Below the pieces are notes generated by a model, which was not told where the DNA came from, made no database searches, and was given only the letters and a program-made list of their open reading frames with translations. The translations under genes were made by a program, and so were the position numbers. Shown here in pieces: positions 20,420-29,550 of a stretch of 64,000 nt of DNA. Every line of letters starts with the position of its first letter. Within the stretch, counting starts at the first letter, position 1. This stretch comes from Alistipes finegoldii (GTDB lineage Bacteria; Bacillota; Clostridia; Christensenellales; UBA1242): assembly GCA_963614045.1 (NCBI GenBank), contig CAVEBU010000003.1, forward strand, positions 986-64,985, given 5' to 3'.

Positions 20420-20426
20420 TCTTTAA

Positions 20427-21077
20427 TTACTGACCAGCAGCTTGCTTTGCAACTTCTTCAGCAAAGTTGTCAACCCTCTTCTCTAAGCCTTCACCCATTT
20501 CATAACGTGCGAAACGGCGAACGGTAATCTTCTCACCGATAGAAAGGACTGACTCGTTTACCAAATCTCTAATTGTCTTTGATGAGTCTCTAAAGTACTC
20601 TTGGTCCAATAAACATACTTCCTTGAAGTACTTTTGAATACGACCCTCAACAATCTTTTGAGCAACTTGCTCAGGTTTACCCTCGTTGATTGCTTGCGCA
20701 AGGTAAATCTCACGCTCTTTTGCCAAAGCTTCTTGGTCAACATCGTTTTCACTTACGTAAAGTGGCTTATATGCAGCGATTTGCATAGCAATGTTGTGAG
20801 CCAATTCTTTGAAAGGCGCACCTTTTGCTACAAAGTCGGTCTCACAGTTCAATTCTACCATAACACCGATTTTACCGCCCATATGAATATAGCATTCTAC
20901 AATACCCTCAGAGGCAATTCTGCCCTCTTTCTTGGCAGCAGCTGCCATACCCTTCTCTCTAAGCCATTGAGTAGCCTTTTCCATATCGCCACCATTAGCC
21001 TCAAGAGCGTTTTTACAATCCATCATACCTGCTTGCGTACGAGCACGCAATGTCTTGATGTCATCAGTTAAACTCAT
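20427..21077 (-). CDS. tsf: Elongation factor Ts (short form)
   Basis: UBA-like N-terminus [30 protein letters not shown]; located downstream of rpsB. Confidence 0.95.
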   Translation of the reverse strand: MSLTDDIKTLRARTQAGMMDCKNALEANGGDMEKATQWLREKGMAAAAKKEGRIASEGIVECYIHMGGKIGVMVELNCETDFVAKGAPFKELAHNIAMQIAAYKPLYVSENDVDQEALAKEREIYLAQAINEGKPEQVAQKIVEGRIQKYFKEVCLLDQEYFRDSSKTIRDLVNESVLSIGEKITVRRFARYEMGEGLEKRVDNFAEEVAKQAAGQ

Positions 21078-21104
21078 AATTTCACTCCTTATTTTTATTT
21101 AAAA

Positions 21105-21968
21105 TTACTCTGCAGTTGCAGTACTTTCTTTCTTTGCTTCAGCATCAGTCTCAGATTTTTTAGCAGAATCCGATTTTGCCTCTTCGCTAACTTCCTCTTT
21201 CTTCTTAAAGACTTTCTTGGCTACCATTTCGCCGTCTTCGTTCATTTCCTCAGTAATTTCGCCAGTTTCCTCTTTCTCTTCTGGAACATCGCCACCCTTT
21301 GCCTCAATTACTGCATTACTAATAGTTTCAGCAATCAATCTAACCGAGCGAATAGCGTCGTCATTACCAGGAATTACTACGTCAACTAAAGTTGGGTCAC
21401 AGTTTGTGTCAACAAGAGCAACAATAGGAATACCCAAAGCACGAGCCTCTTTAATAGCAATATGCTCTTTCTTGAGATCCACAACAAACAAGAGTCCTGG
21501 CAAACTTGTCATATCCTTAATTCCGCCCAGGTTCTTCTCTAGCTTGTCACGTTCTGCCTTCATTTTGAGAACTTCTTTCTTTGGGAAGAACTCAAATTCA
21601 CCGCTCTGCTCCATTTTGTTTAACTTTGCCAGTCTGTCAACTCTTGACCTAATAGTCTTAAAGTTTGTAAGCGTACCACCCAACCAACGAGTGTTAACGT
21701 AGTACATACCACAACGCTCAGCCTCTTCTTTTACTGCATCGCATGCCTGCTTTTTGGTACCAACAAACAAAACAGTCTTACCCATTTTTACCATATCTCT
21801 AACGTAGTCATAGGCCTCCTGAACCAAAACTACTGACTGCTCCAAATCAATGATGTGTGTATCGTTGCGAGAGCAGAAAATGTACTTGCTCATTTTAGGG
21901 TTCCATTGTCTTGTTGGATGACCAAATTGAACGCCAGCTTCGAGCAATTGTTTAATTGAAATTGACAC
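21105..21968 (-). CDS. rpsB: 30S ribosomal protein S2
   Basis: GTG start; [19 protein letters not shown]. Has an acidic/Lys-rich C-terminal tail of about 55 aa. Confidence 0.95.
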   Translation of the reverse strand: MSISIKQLLEAGVQFGHPTRQWNPKMSKYIFCSRNDTHIIDLEQSVVLVQEAYDYVRDMVKMGKTVLFVGTKKQACDAVKEEAERCGMYYVNTRWLGGTLTNFKTIRSRVDRLAKLNKMEQSGEFEFFPKKEVLKMKAERDKLEKNLGGIKDMTSLPGLLFVVDLKKEHIAIKEARALGIPIVALVDTNCDPTLVDVVIPGNDDAIRSVRLIAETISNAVIEAKGGDVPEEKEETGEITEEMNEDGEMVAKKVFKKKEEVSEEAKSDSAKKSETDAEAKKESTATAE

Positions 21969-22094
21969 TTGGATTATCCTCCTTAAATTCGTTTTTTGTT
22001 CCTCCCACAGACGTCAAAACTCCCTAGCTCAACCCCGCAAATTGCGTGGCAACGGTGCTAGAAATAGTCTATGGTGTGTATTTCAACAGCGTCA

Positions 22095-22123
22095 ATTATA
22101 TCACAATTTTTATAATAAAGCAA
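22095..22123 (-). promoter_or_regulatory. Sigma-A-like promoter TTGCTT-17-TATAAT (TGA extended -10) for rpsB-tsf
   Basis: -35 at 22123-22118 and -10 at 22100-22095. It leaves a leader of about 120 nt. Confidence 0.5.
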
Positions 22124-22195
22124 GACAATTTGCCAAAGTTTTTTGTAATTTGAAATATTTTTCACTGCTTGCTTTAGGTTTCTTGCAACAAAAAC

Positions 22196-22240
22196 AAAAA
22201 AAAAGCCCTCAAGTTTGGTTATTACCTAACTTCTTGGGCT
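22196..22240 (-). terminator. Intrinsic terminator after the DUF1292 gene
   Basis: Imperfect stem GCCC..AAGTT / AACTT..GGGC followed by T9 on the minus strand, starting 5 nt after the stop. Confidence 0.5.
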
Positions 22241-22244
22241 TTTC

Positions 22245-22571
22245 TTACTCTTCAGCGCCTTGCTCGTCGAGTAACTTGTTGTAAATTGCGAAAACTTCGT
22301 CAATTATGTTGTTGTCTTCCTCAACTACCAAAAGTTGATCCTCGCTTGCGTCATCTTCCTCAAAAGCGAACACAATAGCCTCGTCGTCAGCAACTCCGTC
22401 CATTTTCTCAATAGGCTTCAAAATTGCGTACAACTTCTCTTTAAAAGGAATGAGAGCGATTTGCTCAAAACTAACAGGTTTCTCGTTTTCATCAAACAAA
22501 ACGATTGGATCGCTGTTTTCAGGGTCCAACAACTTCAAAATTGGGTTGTCCATTTCTTCATTTTTTGCCAT
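22245..22571 (-). CDS. DUF1292 family protein (YrzB-like)
   Basis: 108-aa acidic protein (...FEQIALIPFKEKLYAILKPI...) directly downstream of ruvX, as in other Firmicutes. Confidence 0.75.
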   Translation of the reverse strand: MAKNEEMDNPILKLLDPENSDPIVLFDENEKPVSFEQIALIPFKEKLYAILKPIEKMDGVADDEAIVFAFEEDDASEDQLLVVEEDNNIIDEVFAIYNKLLDEQGAEE

Positions 22572-22588
22572 AATAAAAGACTCCTTAA

Positions 22589-23002
22589 TTAAATTTTCTT
22601 GTCCAAATAGCTTTGCAAAATGATACTTGCTGCCACTTCATCTATGACAGTTTTGCGTTTTTCCCGCCTAACATCCGCACTAATTAGCAATTTCTCCGCA
22701 CTAACGGTCGTCAATCGCTCATCTTGATAGACAATAGGCAAAGTTGTGAATTTCTTCAGCTCCGCACAAAAATCATAGGTGAACTGCACACGCTCGCCGT
22801 CTGTTCCGTCCATATTTTTAGGAAGACCTACGACGATAGTATCAACTTGCTTTTCCACAGCCAAATCAGAAATATATTTCAAATCTTGCTGAAGAGATTG
22901 CCTACGATAATTTATAAAGCCACTAGCAAACATCCCCAAAGGGTCGCTAAATGCGATACCAATATTGACATTTCCTAAATCTAACCCCATCTTTCTAGAC
23001 AT
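22589..23002 (-). CDS. ruvX: Holliday junction resolvase-like nuclease RuvX/YqgF
   Basis: MGLDLGNVNIGIAFSD...VVGLPKNMDGT...DERLTT motifs. Confidence 0.9.
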   Translation of the reverse strand: MSRKMGLDLGNVNIGIAFSDPLGMFASGFINYRRQSLQQDLKYISDLAVEKQVDTIVVGLPKNMDGTDGERVQFTYDFCAELKKFTTLPIVYQDERLTTVSAEKLLISADVRREKRKTVIDEVAASIILQSYLDKKI

Positions 23003-23088
23003 AAAATCTCCTCAAACCAAAAGATTTGTTATACTATAATATCATATTATTGAAATTAAAGCAAACTTTTATGCAATCTTTTCTAAAA

Positions 23089-24108
23089 TTAATCTAAATT
23101 TTGTGAATTGTCAAAAGTATACTTATCACAATCTTTGGCACTTGCCGTAAATATATCATCATATGCAAGCTTGCCAACGAATTTCCCACTGTTTTGGATT
23201 TCCTTTTCGCCAAGAAGCGCCGTACCAAAAACTCGGGATTTACCACCCAACGTGACATTGTATAACTTAGCACGCCCCGCTACGTAAGCATTATCCTTTA
23301 AAACACTGCCATCAACGTACGAACTACCGCAAGCAACAGCGTTCCCGCTCAAAACCGAACCACCCGTCACATAAGCGTAATCATGGATGCTTGCCGAACC
23401 AACAACCATTGAATCGTAATCAATCCAACAGTCGCCGTATTGAGAAATATTCCACGCACCACTAACAATTCCGCCCAAAGTTCCAACAGGAATTACTTTT
23501 TCCGTCGTTTTACCGCAATAGTTTACTAATTCTGTATTTGCACATATGCGGAACAATCCCTCCATTTCACCAAGAAGAGGTATCAGAGAAAACTTATACG
23601 TGCTACGTCGTCTTTGATTAAGTCCTTCTTGTGTAAACGACCCTACACACTTTTCAATTACGGCACGCTCCAAACACTCTTTTTCAAAAACACAAGCATT
23701 GCCCGACACGTTAGATTTATATAGTTTAGTAGGCCCACTTACAACCGCATTACCACTCACCATAGAATCTAGGACAGACGCTCTTCCGCTTACTACAGCA
23801 TTGTCCGTGATATACGAGCCTGCCACCAAAGACAAATCGCTCACTACAGCCGAATTATCAATAGTGCTATCAAAAACAACTGCCTCACCACGCACACGAG
23901 CATTATCACGAACGATTGAATCGCCATAAATCCAACAAGAGCGATTCAGCCCTAAATTCTGCTCGCTTTGGACATATCCGCCATATTCCCCCTCATCTAC
24001 GTAACCACTCTTTGTGTAAAAGCCACGTCTTGCACGTATGCGGTACACTATTACACCATCATCCAAAATTTTGTATTTTGTTTTATCCAAAAAGTATTTG
24101 TTATTCAT
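23089..24108 (-). CDS. Left-handed beta-helix (hexapeptide-repeat) protein with two YdcK-like modules
   Basis: Module heads ...VYRIRARRGF...GGYVQSEQNLGLNRSCWIYGDSIVRDNARV... and ...LGGIVSGAWNISQYGDCWIDYDSMVVGSASI..., each followed by G/N/A-V repeats. Start moved to ATG 24108 (the track start is TTG). Confidence 0.55.
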   Translation of the reverse strand: MNNKYFLDKTKYKILDDGVIVYRIRARRGFYTKSGYVDEGEYGGYVQSEQNLGLNRSCWIYGDSIVRDNARVRGEAVVFDSTIDNSAVVSDLSLVAGSYITDNAVVSGRASVLDSMVSGNAVVSGPTKLYKSNVSGNACVFEKECLERAVIEKCVGSFTQEGLNQRRRSTYKFSLIPLLGEMEGLFRICANTELVNYCGKTTEKVIPVGTLGGIVSGAWNISQYGDCWIDYDSMVVGSASIHDYAYVTGGSVLSGNAVACGSSYVDGSVLKDNAYVAGRAKLYNVTLGGKSRVFGTALLGEKEIQNSGKFVGKLAYDDIFTASAKDCDKYTFDNSQNLD

Positions 24109-24161
24109 TTTCTTCCCCTCAATAACGAAGGACAAATCTAATCGATTTGCCCCCCCCTTAA

Positions 24162-24296
24162 TTATAATTTTGCAACTTTTTCCTTAAACTTTTGCTTGCC
24201 CTTTTCTATTGCATCACGAGCAGGCTTGCAAGTTTGCACGACCACAGCGCCAACAACTGCGCCCATAATCATACCAACCAAGATTCCATCGCACAT
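24162..24296 (-). CDS. 44-codon small membrane protein (below the ORF-track cut-off)
   Basis: Hand translation MCDGILVGMIMGAVVGAVVVQTCKPARDAIEKGKQKFKEKVAKL. There is a strong RBS AAAGGAGGAAAAGGACT before the ATG, one TM helix and a basic amphipathic tail. Confidence 0.4.
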   Translation of the reverse strand: MCDGILVGMIMGAVVGAVVVQTCKPARDAIEKGKQKFKEKVAKL

Positions 24297-24366
24297 AGTC
24301 CTTTTCCTCCTTTTCGTATTTATTTTGCGTATATTTTTACAAAATAAAGAAGGAAAATTTTGGTAA

Positions 24367-24849
24367 TTATCTAGCCATTGCCTCCGCCTCTAAACCCGTA
24401 CCACAAAGCACAGATTCATCTATACAAGACGACACATCACCTGTTTGCACACCTTCGTAACTACGAATGCCCAAAATATGCTTCTCGCCCGACAATACAC
24501 AATTATCCAAACTACAATCATCACTAACAACAATATTATCACGCACGAGTGAATGGCTAATCGTAACCTTGCCAGAAACATACGCTTCGCCCCAAATTTC
24601 ACTCTTGCCTTTTATAAGAGCGTCCATACAAACGAAAGCACTATCACGCACAATACACCCATCGCAAATCCACGCATCACCGTTGTGTGATAAATTTCTC
24701 TCGCTTTCAATATAGCCACCCTTTTGCCCTGACACAACTATTAATCTGTCCGACAAGATATCCCTTAGCGCCATAATTCTGTATAATTTTGTGCCATTTT
24801 TTAGCTTGATAAAATCGTCTTTTAATAATGTGTATTTCTTCTTAGACAT
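24367..24849 (-). CDS. Left-handed beta-helix protein with a single YdcK-like module (paralog of 23089-24108)
   Basis: ...KLYRIMALRDILSD...GGYIESERNLSHNGDAWICDGCIVRDSAFV... followed by hexapeptide-like repeats. Confidence 0.55.
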   Translation of the reverse strand: MSKKKYTLLKDDFIKLKNGTKLYRIMALRDILSDRLIVVSGQKGGYIESERNLSHNGDAWICDGCIVRDSAFVCMDALIKGKSEIWGEAYVSGKVTISHSLVRDNIVVSDDCSLDNCVLSGEKHILGIRSYEGVQTGDVSSCIDESVLCGTGLEAEAMAR

Positions 24850-24873
24850 TTAATAACCCCATTTTTTCTTACG

Positions 24874-25254
24874 TTAGATTTGCTCTTTTTCCAATCTCTT
24901 GAAATAATCTTCAATAGCATTTTGCAAAGCCTGTTTTACAAGTCCCAAGCAATAACTCTTTCTGTTAGGCAACGCCCCCAAAACATGTAAAATTTCGTTA
25001 GTATCAAAATTCAAAATTTCATCTACCGTCTTACCAATTACAAGTTCAGTAGTTATAGACGCAACAGCAATTAACGCCGAACCTCCAAAAGTCTTGAATT
25101 TCGCTTCGGTGACAACACCGTTTTCAATCATTAAGTAAAATCTAATAATATCGCTACATACATCGCTATTTGCCTTGCCAACTGCGTTTGCACCCTTAAT
25201 TATACCAACGTTACTAGGGTTTTGCAGAATTTGCGTAATTTTTTCGTTATACAT
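24874..25254 (-). CDS. IscU/NifU-like Fe-S scaffold homolog, with the second ligand Cys replaced
   Basis: 126 aa. The first Cys is in NSDVCSDII. The usual FGCG block reads FKTFGGSALIAVAS. The third Cys is in RKSYCLGLV. Located downstream of nifS. Confidence 0.7.
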   Translation of the reverse strand: MYNEKITQILQNPSNVGIIKGANAVGKANSDVCSDIIRFYLMIENGVVTEAKFKTFGGSALIAVASITTELVIGKTVDEILNFDTNEILHVLGALPNRKSYCLGLVKQALQNAIEDYFKRLEKEQI

Positions 25255-25257
25255 ATC

Positions 25258-26436
25258 TTACTCCCCCTTTCCTACTTGAGATCTTTGCATTGCAGAAATT
25301 TTACGAAGTTTCTCCACACACTCAACCAACTTCTCCACAACAAAATCAATTTCTTCCTTTGTCGTTGATTTGCTAATTGAAAAACGCACTGCACCTTGTG
25401 CTAAATCAGCAGGGACTCCCATAGCTGAAAGCACGTGACTAACTTCGGTAGACCCTGAAGAACAAGCCGAACCCGTACTTACAGCAATTCCGTTCAAATC
25501 TAGCATACACATCAAACTTTCGCCGTCCACCATTCCAAATGAGAAATTAATGTTATTTGGCAAACGTTGAATTGCGTGACCGTTAAGATAGGTCAATTCT
25601 ATTCTCTGCTCAACTTGACTAATAAAATAGTCACGCATCGTGCGTAATTTCTTACTATTAGTCAAAATATCACGAGTTGCAATTTCAATAGCCTTACCTA
25701 GCCCCACAACTCCAGCAACGTTAGTCGTTCCCGCACGCAAGCCGTATTCCTGCTCGCCGCCGTTCATAAATGGAGTAATTAAAATCTTGTTGCTAACATA
25801 CAAAGCACCAACACCCTTTGGCCCGTTCAACTTGTGGCCAGACAAACTCAATGCGTCTATGCCCATTTCGTGAACGTTGAGACTTATTGCGCCGACCGCT
25901 TGAGTGGCATCTGTGTGGAAAATCACGTCTTTTTCCTTTGCAATATTTGCAATTGTCTGCAAATTCTGAATCGTACCGACTTCATTATTCGCAGCCATAA
26001 TGGATATCAAAATCGTGTCCGAACTCAAATAATGCAATAATTGGTCAAGACGCACAAGACCCGTTTCATCAACGTCGAGATAAGTTACTCTATACCCCTC
26101 ACGCTCCATCTTTTTACAAGTTTCCAAAATGCTTGGATGCTCGATTTTTGACGTGATAATATGGTTACCCTTGTGACGATATGCTTTGGCAATACCGGTA
26201 ATCGCCCAGTTGTTTGCCTCTGTTGCGCCACTGGTAAAATAAACCTCTTCTTCGTCGCAACCAATACCCTTTGCAACTCTCGTACGCGCAATATCTACAT
26301 ACTGCTTTGCCTCACGTCCAAAAGAATGCAAGCTATTGGGGTTACCAAATCCGCCAGTCAAAACAGGCATCATTTCCGCCAACACTTCACTTGATAGCGG
26401 AGTAGTTGCCGCATTGTCCATATAAATTTTGTTCAT
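25258..26436 (-). CDS. nifS: Cysteine desulfurase (NifS/IscS type)
   Basis: PLP lysine in SLSGHKLNGPKG and active-site Cys in GSACSSG. Start moved to ATG 26436 (MNKIYMDNAATTP) behind AAGGGAGAG. Confidence 0.9.
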   Translation of the reverse strand: MNKIYMDNAATTPLSSEVLAEMMPVLTGGFGNPNSLHSFGREAKQYVDIARTRVAKGIGCDEEEVYFTSGATEANNWAITGIAKAYRHKGNHIITSKIEHPSILETCKKMEREGYRVTYLDVDETGLVRLDQLLHYLSSDTILISIMAANNEVGTIQNLQTIANIAKEKDVIFHTDATQAVGAISLNVHEMGIDALSLSGHKLNGPKGVGALYVSNKILITPFMNGGEQEYGLRAGTTNVAGVVGLGKAIEIATRDILTNSKKLRTMRDYFISQVEQRIELTYLNGHAIQRLPNNINFSFGMVDGESLMCMLDLNGIAVSTGSACSSGSTEVSHVLSAMGVPADLAQGAVRFSISKSTTKEEIDFVVEKLVECVEKLRKISAMQRSQVGKGE

Positions 26437-26467
26437 CGTTCTCTCCCTTTTCACTTTATCTAATTAT

Positions 26468-26496
26468 ATTATACCACGAGTAAAACAAAGTGTCAA
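26468..26496 (-). promoter_or_regulatory. Consensus sigma-A promoter TTGACA-17-TATAAT for nifS and the iscU-like gene
   Basis: -35 at 26496-26491 and -10 at 26473-26468 on the minus strand. Confidence 0.55.
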
Positions 26497-26505
26497 TACC
26501 CAAAA

Positions 26506-26537
26506 GGCAAAAAAGAGTAGCGAATTTATGCTACCCT
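26506..26537 (-). terminator. Intrinsic terminator after trxA
   Basis: Minus strand GGTAGC-ATAAATTC-GCTACT followed by CTTTTTTG. Confidence 0.45.
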
Positions 26538-26542
26538 TTCTA

Positions 26543-26857
26543 CTATAAATTAGCCTCAATTACGCTAATCACGTAGTCTTTAGTCTTTAAGCCAATTTCC
26601 TTTGCCACGTCTTTGCCTTGCTTAAACAAAATCATAGTAGGGACACTCATAATGCCAAATTCCTGTGCAATATCCATACATTCATCAATATCGCATTTTG
26701 CAATAATAACGTCGTCACGTTCCTCTGAAATTTGCTCAAGAATAGGTCCTAGCATCTTACAAGGACCACACCATGTAGCAAAGAAGTCCACCAAAACCAA
26801 CCTGTCGCCACAAATGACTTCTCTAAAATTCTCTTTTGTAATATGTGTAATAGCCAT
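26543..26857 (-). CDS. trxA: Thioredoxin
   Basis: 104 aa with the WCGPC active site. Confidence 0.92.
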   Translation of the reverse strand: MAITHITKENFREVICGDRLVLVDFFATWCGPCKMLGPILEQISEERDDVIIAKCDIDECMDIAQEFGIMSVPTMILFKQGKDVAKEIGLKTKDYVISVIEANL

Positions 26858-26917
26858 TTTCGTTTCTCCTTATCAAAAGTGTACAATTATTATAACACAA
26901 TTTGCGAAAAACACAAA

Positions 26918-28177
26918 TTAATTTTGCGAAATTTCCTTAATTTTTTTGTCGCTAAAGTTACAAAAATGCGTATAACCGTTCTGACCTAACACTTCAATCT
27001 GGTGCGAAATGTTCTTTTTTGCCAAAATCGCCGAAGCGTTGCATTTGTCTAAAATTGACTGCACGAACTTCATAACCTCAACAAAATCGTCTTCAGCATT
27101 ATACAAAACCGCAACAGTAGGGTAACTTGGCACAGCATCTTTGTGCTTTTCTGCGTAAATTAGGCAAGTAGGCTCAAAGCCAAGTCCCAAACCAACAGCA
27201 GATACAGGTTTGCCAACCATTTTGCCAATCATATTGTCGTATCGCCCACCACCAGCGCAAGCACCCGACAGTCCTGGTAAATAAAATTCATAGACAACGC
27301 CTGTGTAATAATTCTGCCCACGCACGATTGAAATATCAAATTCCGCTGTAGATTTGCCCGAGGATAATTTGTTAACGGAATCAATAACATATTTTACACC
27401 GTTAACCACATCAGCACGTACACCGCAAGCAAGTAAAACATCATAGTACTCCTGCCCTGCGTTCTTTATGCTCTCAATCTGTTCTAGTAGTAAGTGCGTT
27501 TTTTCTTCGCTAAAATCTCTAGTTAGCATCTCAGCACGCACACCCTCAATCCCTAGCTTATCGATTTTATCAAGGCAAATGCAAACTTCTTTTTCTTGCT
27601 CCGCATCAAAACCCGCCATAGCAATCAGATCAGACAAGATTCGCCTATCGTTGATTTTAGCTACAATATCATCAAAGCCGAGCGCTTCGAAAGTCTTTGC
27701 TGTTGTGTTAATAATATCAATTTCAGCATTGCTACTTGAATCGCCTAAAATGTCAATATCGCATTGAGTAAATTGCCTATTTCTACCTAATTGCGGTCTA
27801 TCCGCCCTAAAAGACGAGTCAATTTGAATAGCCTTAAATGGCGACGGCAAAATGTTTTGATTATTAGCATACATACGTGCAAGCGGAACGGTTTGGTCAT
27901 ATTTCAACCCGATATCAACAATATCACGTTCGCTAAGATTCGGCTTATTTAAATCCAACTTTTCGCCACGCTTAAGCACCTTGAAAATAAGTTTAAGATT
28001 GTCACCGCCATCGCTTCCCATTAGGTTATCAATATTTTCAAGAATCGGTGTGCCGATTTGCATAAATCCAAAACTCTTGTATGTCTTCAAAATTATAGCC
28101 TTTACTTCTTCGCGTAAAGCCATTTCTTTTGGCAAATAATCTTTTGTACCCCTTACAGGAGCCATATCTTTACTCAA
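26918..28177 (-). CDS. hisS: Histidine--tRNA ligase
   Basis: Class II motifs: VRGTKDYLP, FRADRPQLGRNRQFTQCD and GGGRYDNM. Confidence 0.85.
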   Translation of the reverse strand: MSKDMAPVRGTKDYLPKEMALREEVKAIILKTYKSFGFMQIGTPILENIDNLMGSDGGDNLKLIFKVLKRGEKLDLNKPNLSERDIVDIGLKYDQTVPLARMYANNQNILPSPFKAIQIDSSFRADRPQLGRNRQFTQCDIDILGDSSSNAEIDIINTTAKTFEALGFDDIVAKINDRRILSDLIAMAGFDAEQEKEVCICLDKIDKLGIEGVRAEMLTRDFSEEKTHLLLEQIESIKNAGQEYYDVLLACGVRADVVNGVKYVIDSVNKLSSGKSTAEFDISIVRGQNYYTGVVYEFYLPGLSGACAGGGRYDNMIGKMVGKPVSAVGLGLGFEPTCLIYAEKHKDAVPSYPTVAVLYNAEDDFVEVMKFVQSILDKCNASAILAKKNISHQIEVLGQNGYTHFCNFSDKKIKEISQN

Positions 28178-28193
28178 AATTCCTCCCCCTTTT

Positions 28194-29549
28194 TTACATA
28201 ATGTATTTGCTAATATCGTACTGCTTAACCGATTTTGCCAAAACTTTCTCTACAAGTTCTTTTGTAATCACAACTTTACTCATAGGATAATTTCCGTCGG
28301 CGTTAAAACTAATCTCTTCAAGTAGCGCTTCCATAATAGTGTGCAAACGCCTTGCGCCGATATTCTCTTGATTTTCGTTTTCAAGTTCAGCAATTCTCGC
28401 AATTTCTTGCAGTGCATCTTTCTCAAATTGTAGATCGATATTGTCGACTTTTAATAATTCTGCTTGTTGCATCGTAATTGCGTTCTTTGGTTGTGTTAAG
28501 ATATTGTAAAAGTCCTTTGCTGTAAGATTCTCTAATTCAACTCTGATTGGGAAACGCCCTTGTAATTCAGGGATTAAGTCCTCAATTTTTGCAATATGGA
28601 ACGCACCAGCAGCGATAAATAGAATATAATCCGTTTTGATTAAACCGTACTTTGTGTTGACTGTACAGCCCTCCACAAACGGCAAAATGTCTCTTTGAAC
28701 ACCCTCACGAGAAACATCTGGGCCACTGCCAGCACCACGGGAAATGGCGATTTTGTCAATTTCGTCAATGAAAATAATACCCTCTTGCTCCGCTCTACGC
28801 ACTCCCTCTTCGTTGACAGCATCCAAATCAATCAGCCTGTCGCTTTCCTCGTTTACAAAGTTCCGTCTTGCTTGAGCGACGGTGATTTTACGCATTTTTT
28901 TGCGTCTAGGCAAAAAGCTGTCTAGCATATCATTAAGGTTTGTATTTGGCGCTCCTGGAATAATCTCCACCATTTTGGGAGTTTCGACAAATTCAACTTC
29001 CACCAACTCATCATCATGCTTGCCTTCCTCAATCTCTTTTAGCAAGGTTTCGCCATTAGACTTGCTATCTGCAACAACTTCCGTTGATTCGTTATTTACG
29101 TAAGTAACGTCCGTTTTCGGCTGTGTTTTATCCTTATTACGCAATAGCAAATCACGAATCTTTTTGTTTGCATTATTGGTAGCGGTCGCTTTGACTTCTT
29201 CATACTTTTCATCTCTTACCAAACGAATAGCCGTTTCTACCAAATCTCTAATCATACTTTCGACATCACGACCAACATATCCAACTTCAGTATATTTGGT
29301 TGCCTCAACTTTTACAAAAGGCGCACGCACGATTTTGGCGAGCCGTCTAGCGATTTCCGTCTTACCAACACCCGTAGGACCTTTCATCAAAATATTTTTG
29401 GGAGTAATGTCCTCCTTTAGATTCTCCGGTAATTTGCTACGGCGGTAACGATTACGCAAAGCAACGGCAACCGCACGTTTTGCCTTGTCCTGACCGATAA
29501 TGTATTTATCAAGTTCAGCGACAATTTCTTTTGGGGTTAATAATTCCAT
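28194..29549 (-). CDS. hslU: ATP-dependent protease ATPase subunit HslU
   Basis: TPKEIVAELDKYIIGQ and Walker A GPTGVGKTEIARRLA, with the I-domain insertion. Confidence 0.95.
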   Translation of the reverse strand: MELLTPKEIVAELDKYIIGQDKAKRAVAVALRNRYRRSKLPENLKEDITPKNILMKGPTGVGKTEIARRLAKIVRAPFVKVEATKYTEVGYVGRDVESMIRDLVETAIRLVRDEKYEEVKATATNNANKKIRDLLLRNKDKTQPKTDVTYVNNESTEVVADSKSNGETLLKEIEEGKHDDELVEVEFVETPKMVEIIPGAPNTNLNDMLDSFLPRRKKMRKITVAQARRNFVNEESDRLIDLDAVNEEGVRRAEQEGIIFIDEIDKIAISRGAGSGPDVSREGVQRDILPFVEGCTVNTKYGLIKTDYILFIAAGAFHIAKIEDLIPELQGRFPIRVELENLTAKDFYNILTQPKNAITMQQAELLKVDNIDLQFEKDALQEIARIAELENENQENIGARRLHTIMEALLEEISFNADGNYPMSKVVITKELVEKVLAKSVKQYDISKYIM

Positions 29550-29550
29550 A

